Shown here: in pieces, positions 1-8,271 of the stretch | Layout of the letters: each line of letters begins with the position of its first letter | How positions within the stretch are numbered: the stretch's first letter is position 1 | Source: Thermoplasmata archaeon | GTDB lineage: Archaea; Thermoplasmatota; SW-10-69-26; JACQPN01; JAJPHT01 | Length of the DNA stretch: 28,187 bases | Reading direction: 5' to 3' | Assembly (NCBI GenBank): GCA_034667685.1 | Contig: JAXDQU010000098.1 | Coordinates: 1 to 28,187 of the forward strand | The notes under the pieces: generated by a model | What the model was told of the DNA's origin: nothing | What the model saw: only the letters and a program-made list of their open reading frames with translations | Database searches by the model: none | Position numbers and translations under genes: made by a program

Positions 1-30
1 CCCCTCTACCCTCGCTTCCCTTCACCGTCC

Positions 31-66
31 GAAAACTATACACGAAAGCTAAACCTACAGGTTTAG
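31..66 (+). promoter_or_regulatory. TATA-like promoter plus palindromic operator of ArsR operon 1
   Basis: GAAAACTATAC at 31-41 lies about 30 nt before the GTG at 68, suggesting a leaderless mRNA. Perfect inverted repeat CTAAACCT-AC-AGGTTTAG at 49-66. Confidence 0.7.
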
Positions 67-67
67 T

Positions 68-382
68 GTGCAGCTGGACGAGTCGTTCGCCGCGTTGGCC
101 GATCCGACGCGCCGCGCGATCCTCGCCCGGCTGGAGTCGGGCGAACGGACCCTGAGCGAGCTGGCCGAGCCGTTGCCCATGAGCCTGATGGCGGTGCAGA
201 AGCACGTGGCGATCCTGGAGGGCGCGGGTCTCGTGGAGACGCGCAAGCTGGGCCGGAGCCGCCACGTGAGGCTGCGCCCGCAGGGGCTCGCGCCGATCAC
301 CGCGTGGATCCGCCGCTCCGAGGAGCGCTGGAACGCGGCGTTCGACCGGCTCGCCAAAGTCCTGGAGGAAGATGAAGAATGA
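68..382 (+). CDS. ArsR/SmtB-family winged-helix transcriptional regulator
   Basis: FAALADPTRRAIL...ELAEPL...VQKHVAILEGAGLV...GR signature; ATGA overlap with the downstream SRPBCC gene. Confidence 0.92.
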   Translation: MQLDESFAALADPTRRAILARLESGERTLSELAEPLPMSLMAVQKHVAILEGAGLVETRKLGRSRHVRLRPQGLAPITAWIRRSEERWNAAFDRLAKVLEEDEE

Positions 383-1260
383 ACGACGACCTCACGATCT
401 CGATCGAACGCACGTTCCGCGCGCCCCCGGAGAAGGTGTTCGACGCGTGGACGGACCCCGCGAAGCTCGCGCGCTGGTTCGGCCCCGACGGCTTCACGAC
501 GACGACCCACGCGCTCGACCTGCGCGCCGGGGGCGAGTGGCGTCACACGATGCGCGGGCCGGACGGGACCGAGTACCCCAACCGGATCCGCTTCGTCGAG
601 GTCGCGCGCCCCTCGCGCCTCGTGTACGATCACCTTTCGTCGCCGCCGTTCCGCACGACGGTCACGTTCGAGCCGTACGAGGCGGGCGGCACGCGCATGC
701 GGTTCCGCATGGCGTTCCCGCACGAGGACGCGTTCCGCGTGGCGACGGAGATGCACGGCGCGAAGGAGGGCGCGAAGCAGACCCTCGCGCGCCTCGCGGA
801 CCTCGTGGACGGCCCCGGCTTCGTGCTGGAGCGCGAGTTCCGGGCCGCGCCGGAGCGGGTGTGGGCGATGTGGACGACGAGCGAGGGCGTCATGCGGTGG
901 TGGGCGCCTTCCGCGAAGGAGATGGGCTACGAGTTCCGCGTCCTCGAGATGGACGTGCGCCCGGGCGGCCGATATCGTTTCGAGATGAAGGGGCGCGGCC
1001 ACGAGCTCGTGAACGCCGGCACGTACGCCATCGTCGACGCGCCGCGCGAGCTGCTCATGGTCTGGCGCTTCGACATCTTCCTCGCGCCCGGCGAGCGCCC
1101 CTACGACGTGCCCATCCGCATCACGCTCGCGCCCACGCCCTCGGGCGGCACGCGCATGAAGTTCCGTCAGGGCTCGCTCGCCACGGGCGCGCACACCGAG
1201 GGCTCGCGGGATGGCGTCGAGCAGAACCTGCGTTACCTCGCGGCCGCCCTGGGGGAGTGA
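379..1260 (+). CDS. Tandem SRPBCC (AHSA1/START-like) domain protein
   Basis: Two copies of the ERxFRAxPExVxxxWT...xxWWxP...D(L/V)RxGGx(W/Y)R pattern. Confidence 0.9.
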   Translation: MNDDLTISIERTFRAPPEKVFDAWTDPAKLARWFGPDGFTTTTHALDLRAGGEWRHTMRGPDGTEYPNRIRFVEVARPSRLVYDHLSSPPFRTTVTFEPYEAGGTRMRFRMAFPHEDAFRVATEMHGAKEGAKQTLARLADLVDGPGFVLEREFRAAPERVWAMWTTSEGVMRWWAPSAKEMGYEFRVLEMDVRPGGRYRFEMKGRGHELVNAGTYAIVDAPRELLMVWRFDIFLAPGERPYDVPIRITLAPTPSGGTRMKFRQGSLATGAHTEGSRDGVEQNLRYLAAALGE

Positions 1261-1264
1261 GCGC

Positions 1265-1909
1265 GTGACCAAGACGTTCGTGAGCGTCACGATGTCGGTC
1301 GACGGCTACCTCGCGCCGCCGGGCCGGATGGAGGACCTGCAGGGCCCCGCGTTCGACGCGTGGACGGCGAGGTGGGGGAAGCTTCAGGATTACGTCTTCC
1401 ACCAGGAGTTCTTCCGCCGCAACCTGCGCATCCCCGGCGAGGGCGAGAAGGGTCCGGACAACGATTGGCTGCGCGGCGTCTTCGAGCGCACCGGCGTGAC
1501 GATCCTGGGCAAGCGCATGTTCGACGGCGGGGAGAAGTTCTGGCCCGAGGAGGCGCCGTTCCACACGCCAGTCTTCGTGGTCACGCACCAGAAGCGCGAG
1601 CCGTGGGTCCGGCCGGGCGGCACGACGTTCCACTTCGTCAACGACGGCATCCACAGCGCGCACCGGCAGGCGCTCGCGGTGGCGGGCGGGCGCGACGTGC
1701 GCATCGGGGGCGGGGGCGAGACGATCGCGCAGTTCCTGCGCGCGGGGCTCGTCGACGAGCTGCACGTCGCGGTCTCGCCCGTCATGCTCGGCGGCGGCGT
1801 GCGCATGTTCGACGGCGTGGACTTCGGGCGGCTCGCGCTCACGCCGCTGCCCGCGCCCGCCTCCCCGCGCGTCACGCACCTGCGGTACGCCATCGGAAAG
1901 CAGGCTTAA
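1265..1909 (+). CDS. Dihydrofolate reductase/RibD C-terminal-like family protein
   Basis: MSVDGY, ILGKRMF, IGGGGETIAQFLRAGLVDEL, SPVMLGGGVRMF motifs. Start re-called to GTG 1265, just after the upstream stop. Confidence 0.88.
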   Translation: MTKTFVSVTMSVDGYLAPPGRMEDLQGPAFDAWTARWGKLQDYVFHQEFFRRNLRIPGEGEKGPDNDWLRGVFERTGVTILGKRMFDGGEKFWPEEAPFHTPVFVVTHQKREPWVRPGGTTFHFVNDGIHSAHRQALAVAGGRDVRIGGGGETIAQFLRAGLVDELHVAVSPVMLGGGVRMFDGVDFGRLALTPLPAPASPRVTHLRYAIGKQA

Positions 1910-1956
1910 CCAAAAGGTTAAGTGTTCGGGGCGCCTACAGTTAACCCGATGGTTAA
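1905..1956 (+). promoter_or_regulatory. Two palindromic operators (TTAACC-N4-GGTTAA) overlapping the TATA box and start codon of ArsR 2
   Basis: CTTAACC-AAAA-GGTTAAG at 1905-1922 and TTAACC-CGAT-GGTTAA at 1941-1956; TATA-like TTAAGT at 1918-1923; ATG at 1949. Confidence 0.8.
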
Positions 1957-2344
1957 GGGTCGTGCCGACACGGCCGGACCTTCGGGCCCGGCCTATCGGG
2001 GCCGCGGTGGAAGCCGCGGCCCCGACCTCGACGCGGTCTTCGCCGCGCTCTCGCACCCGATCCGCCGCTCCATGATCGAGCGGCTCTCGGCGGGCGAGTG
2101 CACGGTGAGCGACCTCGCCGCGCCGCACGACGTCAGCCTCCCCGCCATCTCCAAGCACCTGCGCGTGCTCGAAGAGGCGGGCCTCCTGGAGCAGACGCCG
2201 GACGGCCGCGTCCGACGTTGCAGCTTGAACGCGGCGCCGCTGTCCGACGCCTTCGGGTGGATCGTGCAGTATCGCCTGTTCTGGGAGGACGCGCTCGACG
2301 CCCTGGCCAGGCACGTAGAAGGAAAAGGAGACCGGAAACGATGA
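1949..2344 (+). CDS. ArsR/SmtB-family transcriptional regulator
   Basis: LDAVFAALSHPIRRSMIERL...SLPAISKHLRVLEEAGLL...DGRVR. Start taken as ATG 1949. Confidence 0.92.
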   Translation: MVKGRADTAGPSGPAYRGRGGSRGPDLDAVFAALSHPIRRSMIERLSAGECTVSDLAAPHDVSLPAISKHLRVLEEAGLLEQTPDGRVRRCSLNAAPLSDAFGWIVQYRLFWEDALDALARHVEGKGDRKR

Positions 2345-2919
2345 CGACCGAATCCAACGCCAAGACGACGCCGAAGACGACCGCCCCCCACGCCACGCCC
2401 CCGCCCGCCCCGCCCGAAGGCAAGCCCTTCCAGGTGGGCGCGACGACGGCGCTCATCCACACGCAGCCCAACAAGACGGTCACGCTGCGCCTGAAGCGCG
2501 TGATCCACGCGCCCCCCGAGAAGATCTACAACGCGTTCCTCGACCCCGACGCGCTCGCCGCGTGGCTCCCGCCGCACGGCATGGTGGCGAAGACGCACAG
2601 CCTGGAGCCGCGCGTGGGCGGCAAGTTCCGCATGTCGTTCTACACCGTCAACAAGTCGTGGAGCAACACGTTCGGCGGCACGTACGTGGAGCTCGTGCCC
2701 AACAAGAAGATCGTCCACACGGACCGCTTCGAGTCGGACGACCCCAACATGCAGGGCGAGATGCGCTTCACGATCACGCTGACGCCCATCGAGGGCGGCA
2801 CGCTCGTCGAGGTCGAGCAGAGCGGCATCCCCGCGCCCGTCGCCGGCGGCTCGCCCTACGGCTGGTCGCAGAGCTTCGAGAAGCTGGCCCTGCTCGTCGA
2901 GCCCGAGCTTCCGTTCTGA
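2341..2919 (+). CDS. SRPBCC (AHSA1-like) domain protein
   Basis: RVIHAPPEKIYNAFLDPDALAAWLPP...RVGGKFRMSF...GTYVELVP; ATGA overlap with the ArsR stop; Pro/Thr-rich N-terminal extension. Confidence 0.9.
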   Translation: MTTESNAKTTPKTTAPHATPPPAPPEGKPFQVGATTALIHTQPNKTVTLRLKRVIHAPPEKIYNAFLDPDALAAWLPPHGMVAKTHSLEPRVGGKFRMSFYTVNKSWSNTFGGTYVELVPNKKIVHTDRFESDDPNMQGEMRFTITLTPIEGGTLVEVEQSGIPAPVAGGSPYGWSQSFEKLALLVEPELPF

Positions 2920-2928
2920 GGAGATGGC

Positions 2929-4356
2929 ATGACCGACCGCGCGCGTTGGCTGGGCTTCACGGTGCTCTCGCTGGGCACGCTCATGATCGTGCTCGACGCG
3001 ACCATCGTGAACGTCGCGCTCCCCTCCGTCAAGGCGGACCTCGGCTTCGGGGACGCGGGCCTCGCGTGGGTCGTCAACGCCTACATCCTCACCTTCGGCG
3101 GCTTCCTGCTCCTCGCGGGCCGGCTGGGCGATCTCTTCGGAAGCCGCAAGCTCTTCCTCGTGGGCGTCGCGGCCTTCACGCTCGCCTCGCTGGCCTGCGG
3201 CACGGCGAGGACGCAGACGTTCCTCGTCGTGGCGCGCGCCCTGCAGGGGCTCGCGGGCGCGGTCGTCTCCGCCGTCTCGCTCTCGCTGATCATGGGGCTC
3301 TTCCCCGAGCCGGACGCCCGCGCGAGGGCGATGGGCTTCTACGGTTTCATCGCCGCGGGCGGGGGCAGCGTCGGCGTGCTTGCGGGCGGGCTCATCACGC
3401 ACGCGCTCGACTGGCACTGGGTCTTCCTCGTCAACGTCCCCATCGGCGTGGGCGTGCTCGCGGCCACGCTCGCGGTCCTGCCGCGGGACGGAGCGCGCGA
3501 GCGCAAGCGCCTCGACGTGGCCGGCGCGCTCACGGTGACGGCCGCGCTGGTCCTCGCGGTCTACGCCATCGTCGGGGGCCACGACGCGGGCTGGGCCTCG
3601 GCGCGCACGCTCGGATGCGGCGCGGCGGCCGTGGCGCTCTTCGCGCTCTTCCTCCTGATCGAGTCGCGTGTCGCCGATCCGCTCGTCCCGCTCGCCATGT
3701 TCCGGCGCCGCCGGCTCGCGGCCGCCAACGCCGTGGGCGTGCTCTGGGCCGGCGCGATGTTCGCGTGGTCGTTCCTCGCCGCGCTCTACATGCAGCTCGT
3801 GATGGGCTTCGATCCGCTCCGCGTCGGCCTCGGCTTCCTCGCCGCGAACCTCATCATGGCCGTCTTCTCGCTGGGCCTCTCGGCGCGGATCGTCACGCGC
3901 TTCGGCCTGCGCGCCCCGCTCGTCCTGGGCATGGCGCTGGCCGCCGTCGGGCTCGCGCTCTTCGCCCGCGCCCCCGTCGAGGCCACCTACGCACGCGACG
4001 TGCTGCCGGGCATGCTGCTCCTGGGCTTCGGCGCGGGGCTCGCGTTCAACCCCGTCTTCCTCGCCGCGATGGAAGGCGCGAAGCCCGAGGAGTCCGGCCT
4101 CGCCTCGGGCCTGCTCAACACCTCGTTCATGATGGGCGGCGCCGTCGGGCTCGCCCTCCTCGCGAGCCTGGCCGCCTCGCGCGCCGACACGCTCGCGCAC
4201 GCGGGCGTCGCGCCTCTCGCCGCGCTGGCGGCGGGCTATCGCGCCGCGTTCCTCGTGGGCGCCGCCTTCGCCGCGCTCGCGGCGCTCGTCGGGGCGTTCG
4301 GGCTGCGCCCGGCCGCGCCTTCTTCCTCTTCCCAATCCGAAGCCGTGGAGACATGA
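2929..4356 (+). CDS. MFS drug:H+ antiporter, DHA2 (EmrB/QacA-like)
   Basis: LDATIVNVALP, WVVNAY, GRLGDLFGSRK, ARALQG, WVFLVNVPIG motifs and many hydrophobic segments. Confidence 0.93.
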   Translation: MTDRARWLGFTVLSLGTLMIVLDATIVNVALPSVKADLGFGDAGLAWVVNAYILTFGGFLLLAGRLGDLFGSRKLFLVGVAAFTLASLACGTARTQTFLVVARALQGLAGAVVSAVSLSLIMGLFPEPDARARAMGFYGFIAAGGGSVGVLAGGLITHALDWHWVFLVNVPIGVGVLAATLAVLPRDGARERKRLDVAGALTVTAALVLAVYAIVGGHDAGWASARTLGCGAAAVALFALFLLIESRVADPLVPLAMFRRRRLAAANAVGVLWAGAMFAWSFLAALYMQLVMGFDPLRVGLGFLAANLIMAVFSLGLSARIVTRFGLRAPLVLGMALAAVGLALFARAPVEATYARDVLPGMLLLGFGAGLAFNPVFLAAMEGAKPEESGLASGLLNTSFMMGGAVGLALLASLAASRADTLAHAGVAPLAALAAGYRAAFLVGAAFAALAALVGAFGLRPAAPSSSSQSEAVET

Positions 4357-5150
4357 CCATGCAGACCCAGCACGTCGCCTCGAAGGATGGAACGAAGATC
4401 GCCTACGAGACCGCAGGGCAAGGCCCGCCCCTCGTCTTCGTCATGGGCGCGATGGGCACGCGCAGGATCGCGTTCTCGAAGGCGATGCGGGACGAGCTCG
4501 CGAAGAGCTTCACGCTCTACTTCTACGACCGGCGCGGCCGCGGAGAGACCGGAGACGCCTCGCCCACCAAGTACGTCGTCGAGCGCGAGATCGAGGACCT
4601 GCGCGCGGTGTGCGAGGCGGCGGGCGGGAATCCGTTCGTCTGCGGCACGTCCTCGGGCGCCGCGCTCGCCCTCCTGGCCGCCGCGGCCGGCGTCCCCATG
4701 CGCAAGCTCGCCGCGCACGAGCCCCCCTACGCCGTGGGCGCGGAGGCCGCCACGTTCGACCGCGACTACCAGACGAACGTCACGAAGCTCGTGGCGGAGG
4801 GCAGGAACGACGACGCGGTGAAGTACTTCATGCGCACCGTGGGCGTGCCCGGCTTCATGCTCTGGGCGATGCGCTTCATGCCGTTCTGGAAGGACGCCGT
4901 CGCCGCCGCCCCCTCGCTCCCCTACGACGCCGCGGTCATGGGGAGCTTCGACATGCCCGAGAAGCGCCTGCGCGAGATCCGCGTCCCCACCGTCGTCCTC
5001 GTGGGCGGGAGCACGCCCAAGCGCCTGCGCGCGGCGGCGGACGCGGCGGCCCAGGTCATCCCCGGCGCGACCGAGCGCGTGATCCCCAAGCAGAACCACG
5101 GCATCAAGCCCGAGGCGCTGAGGGCCGTGCTGGCCGAAGAGATGCGGTAG
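4353..5150 (+). CDS. Alpha/beta fold hydrolase
   Basis: SKDGTKIAY, YDRRGRG, nucleophile elbow GTSSG, HEPP, C-terminal QNH; ATGA overlap with the MFS stop. Confidence 0.88.
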   Translation: MTMQTQHVASKDGTKIAYETAGQGPPLVFVMGAMGTRRIAFSKAMRDELAKSFTLYFYDRRGRGETGDASPTKYVVEREIEDLRAVCEAAGGNPFVCGTSSGAALALLAAAAGVPMRKLAAHEPPYAVGAEAATFDRDYQTNVTKLVAEGRNDDAVKYFMRTVGVPGFMLWAMRFMPFWKDAVAAAPSLPYDAAVMGSFDMPEKRLREIRVPTVVLVGGSTPKRLRAAADAAAQVIPGATERVIPKQNHGIKPEALRAVLAEEMR

Positions 5151-5195
5151 GCGCCCACCACAAGAGTCAAGGCCCGGGCGCGGCGCTCCGCGCAC

Positions 5196-6341
5196 GTGCG
5201 TCTCCCCCTGCTCCTCCTCGCCCTCGCCGGCCTCCTGCTGGGCGGATGCCTCGGCCAGGGCAAGGCGCCCGCGCCCGTCCTCAACACGTCGAGCGTGAAC
5301 GCGACGGCCGCGGTGGACACGGGCTCGCCCACCACCATCAGCAACGTGAGCACCGGCGCGGCGCCGCACAAGCACGACTACTGGCAGGGCAAGGAGCGCG
5401 TGACCGTGCTGCGGGAGGACCTCACCCTCGCGCCCACCGACGGCGCGAGCTTCATCCCCTTCTTCCTCGACCAGAAGCCCGCGATCGGCGCCGCCGTGCT
5501 CGCGCTCCCCGACGGGCAGACCGTCTTCGAGGGCACCGGCCGCCTGGAGTTCACGGCCACGTGGAGCGACCCCACCATCACCGGCCTCACGCTGCGCTAC
5601 AAGAGCACCGGCAACCCGGACTACGGCGCTCCCGCGCCGCTGAGCAGCGGCAAGCCGCTCGTCGTGGACGTGACGCCCGCGATGACCGACGAGCCGCACG
5701 CCAAGAGCAGCCGCTGGGGCTTCATCCTCGAAGCCGACGGGCCGGGTGGCGCCGGCCTGGCCGACGGCAAGGTCGGCGTCAAGGCGGACATCATCAAGAT
5801 GCGCGACATCGAGACGTTCCCCGCGCACCCCGACCTCTTCGCGGGCGCCGACTCGATCAAGCTTCTCGACAAGGACATGACGATCAAGAGCGACAGCAGC
5901 GCGGACACCGTGCAGGGCTTCTTCACGCACACGCTCACGCCGCCCGGCTTCGCGCCCGACAAGCCCGTGCCACCCGAGGCGAAGACGATCCTCGTGCGCC
6001 TCGACGTCAAGAGCGCCACGAGCAACATGCCGCTCGAAGACACCTCGCAGGTGAGCATGCAGTACCGCACCGCCGAGAGCGCCTTCAACTACGACGATGC
6101 GAACCAAACGAAGCACGACGGAAAGACCTACGTCTTCAAGATCGAGAGCGATCCCGTGAAGGGCGACGGCTACTACGCCAAGACCAGCGCATGGCGCCTC
6201 GACCCCGTCATCACCGACAACGTCCAGGGCCAGGAGGTCAACTGCGTCTTCGGCGACTGCTTCGCCTGGAGCATGGACGCGCACGTCACCATGATCGCCT
6301 ACAAGGACGACGTGGCGCCCGACGCCATCCTCGCGCGATAG
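5196..6341 (+). CDS. Putative lipoprotein of unknown function
   Basis: Hydrophobic signal peptide ending in lipobox-like LLGGC; GC3-biased codons; beta-rich mature region. Confidence 0.75.
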   Translation: MRLPLLLLALAGLLLGGCLGQGKAPAPVLNTSSVNATAAVDTGSPTTISNVSTGAAPHKHDYWQGKERVTVLREDLTLAPTDGASFIPFFLDQKPAIGAAVLALPDGQTVFEGTGRLEFTATWSDPTITGLTLRYKSTGNPDYGAPAPLSSGKPLVVDVTPAMTDEPHAKSSRWGFILEADGPGGAGLADGKVGVKADIIKMRDIETFPAHPDLFAGADSIKLLDKDMTIKSDSSADTVQGFFTHTLTPPGFAPDKPVPPEAKTILVRLDVKSATSNMPLEDTSQVSMQYRTAESAFNYDDANQTKHDGKTYVFKIESDPVKGDGYYAKTSAWRLDPVITDNVQGQEVNCVFGDCFAWSMDAHVTMIAYKDDVAPDAILAR

Positions 6342-6440
6342 GTCACGTTGACGACGCGATCGCTCGCCGCGCCGCCCGGGACCTCCTCGGGTGGCCGCCA
6401 CGGCGAACCTACTTGCACGTTCCCCGTCCCATCCCGCCGC

Positions 6441-6911
6441 ATGGCCTACTCTCCCACGCAGAACGCGAACGTGAAGACGGGCAACGCGACCACGGACGAG
6501 AACCTCGCGACGTTCGATCGCCTCGACTTCGAATCGTGGAACCGCCAGGACATGGACGTCTTCGAGGAGATCCACGCGCCCCACGTCATCGTCTACTACC
6601 CGGACGGCACGAGGACGGAAGGCTACGCGGCGCACGAGACGTGGGCGCGAGGCTTCTTCGCGGCGTTCGACTCCCGGATCTCCACGCACCCCGTCAAGAC
6701 CGCGACGGGCGACTGGACGAGCGTCGTGGGCGAGATGGCGGTCACCTTCGCGCGCCCGCTCAAGACGCCCGAAGGCAAGACGATCCCGCCCACGCACAAG
6801 ACGTGGAACGGCCGCATGTGCACCGTCGCCCGCTGGAAGGACGGCCGCATCGAGGAGGAGATCCTCTTCTGGGACAACGCCGCCATGATGAAGGGCGTCG
6901 GGCTGGGCTAG
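6441..6911 (+). CDS. SnoaL-like/ester cyclase (NTF2-like) protein
   Basis: NLATFDRLDFESWNRQD...HAPHVIVYYPDG...ARWKDGRIEEEILFWD. Start re-called to ATG 6441. Confidence 0.82.
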   Translation: MAYSPTQNANVKTGNATTDENLATFDRLDFESWNRQDMDVFEEIHAPHVIVYYPDGTRTEGYAAHETWARGFFAAFDSRISTHPVKTATGDWTSVVGEMAVTFARPLKTPEGKTIPPTHKTWNGRMCTVARWKDGRIEEEILFWDNAAMMKGVGLG

Positions 6912-7038
6912 TCCGATCGCCGCGCCCCGCCGCTCGCCGGGCAGGGCGGCTCCGGCCTCGTGATATCATCGCGATCCGGGCGCGCGCACGCAAGGCGCGG
7001 AGCGCCGGGCTTATGCGCGCGACCTCCGTCCGTGGCGC

Positions 7039-7479
7039 GTGACGATCAAGCGGATGGACAACGTCCTCGTCGTGGTCGAGGACCTGGAGGCCGCGAAGGC
7101 GTTCTTCGCCGCGCTGGGCATGGCGCTCGAAGGCGAGACGACCGTCGAGGGCGCCTGGGCGGATCGCGTCGTCGGGCTCGAAGGCGTCCGCTGCGACATC
7201 GCCATGATGCGCACGCCGGACGGGCACGGCGGCGTCGAGCTCTCCAGGTTCCACGCGCCCGCCGCCGTCCGGTTCGGCCCCGAGCAGGCGCCCTCGAACG
7301 CGCTGGGGATGCGCCGCATCATGTTCGCCGTCGACGACCTCGACGCGACGCTCGCTCGGGTCCGCGCGCTTGGCGCGTCCCTGGTGGGCGAGGTCGCGCA
7401 GTACGAGGACGTGTACCGGCTCTGCTTCGTCCGCGGTCCCGAGGGAATCGTGGTCGGGCTGGCCGAAGAGCTTGGCTGA
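7039..7479 (+). CDS. VOC/glyoxalase/bleomycin-resistance family protein
   Basis: MDNVLVVVEDLEAAKAFF, VELSRF, RIMFAVDDLD, RGPEGIVVGLAE. Confidence 0.9.
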   Translation: MTIKRMDNVLVVVEDLEAAKAFFAALGMALEGETTVEGAWADRVVGLEGVRCDIAMMRTPDGHGGVELSRFHAPAAVRFGPEQAPSNALGMRRIMFAVDDLDATLARVRALGASLVGEVAQYEDVYRLCFVRGPEGIVVGLAEELG

Positions 7480-7506
7480 GTCGCGGGGGCGAACCCCGAG
7501 GAGAAG

Positions 7507-7579
7507 CGCCGCCTCACGGATTTGAACCGAGGACCTTGGGATTAACAGTCCCACGCTCTACCGGCTAAGCTAAGGCGGC
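7507..7579 (-). tRNA. tRNA-Asn(GTT)
   Basis: Acceptor stem GCCGCCT/AGGCGGC, anticodon arm TGGGA-CTGTTAA-TCCCA, T-loop TTCAAAT. No intron and no encoded CCA. Confidence 0.95.
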
Positions 7580-7696
7580 AAATGGGGTGGCGTCCGCCGG
7601 GGGGCGGGCGTCGTCCGGTGGGCGGGCAGAGCGGAAGGCCCTCAAAAGGTTTTCCCGGGCGGGGACGCGCGGCTTCACGCGCCCCCGCGGGAAGGC

Positions 7697-8254
7697 TCAC
7701 TCGAGGATGTCCTCGTCGTCCTTGGCAAGGTCGGTCTTGCGCAGGTCGGGGACGCCCACGTCGCCGGCCTTGTTCTTCGGCACGGTGTCGCTGACGTTCG
7801 GCATGGCGCTCGGGGAGGAGGCGCCGCCCACGTTGGTCGATCCGCTCAGGCTGTTGGAGCCGAAGCCCGGCGAGGTCCCGCCGGCGGCGCCCACGTCGTA
7901 GCGGCTCGCGCCCAGGCTGCCCGCGGACGTCATGCCGCCCGTGGCGCCGGCGCCGCCCTTGGCTTGCGCCTTGACGTGCTGCTTGGTCTGCTGGAACTCC
8001 TTGGCGGTGGTGCCCACGACCTGGCGCGTGGTCTCGCCGGCCTTCTGGATGGCTTCCTTGGTGGCCTCGGCGAGGTTGTGCTTGCGCGCCTCGTCGGTGA
8101 AGCCCTTCAGCGCGCCCGCGACGGCGGCGACGCCCTTCTGCACGCTCTCCTTCACCTTCGTCTTCACCTCCTCGGGGCTTGCGTCCTTGAAGGAGGTCGC
8201 TTCGTTCGTCGTCCGGCTCATGTCCATGTTCGTCTCGTTCTCTTCGTTCTCCAT
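7697..8254 (-). CDS. Hypothetical LEA/apolipoprotein-like helical protein with Gly/Ser-rich disordered tail
   Basis: SD GAGGTGA (8268-8262) lies 7 nt before ATG 8254. A/K/E/T-rich amphipathic helices. The ORF-track N-terminus (to 8584) overlaps another gene and was discarded. Confidence 0.8.
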   Translation of the reverse strand: MENEENETNMDMSRTTNEATSFKDASPEEVKTKVKESVQKGVAAVAGALKGFTDEARKHNLAEATKEAIQKAGETTRQVVGTTAKEFQQTKQHVKAQAKGGAGATGGMTSAGSLGASRYDVGAAGGTSPGFGSNSLSGSTNVGGASSPSAMPNVSDTVPKNKAGDVGVPDLRKTDLAKDDEDILE

Positions 8255-8271
8255 CGTCAGTTCACCTCGAT

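Noticed and set aside
2562-4352. Apparent 862-aa ORF suggesting a fusion or frameshift into the hydrolase
   Set aside because: The N-terminal part is an alternative frame of the SRPBCC and MFS genes; the hydrolase has its own coupled ATG at 4353.
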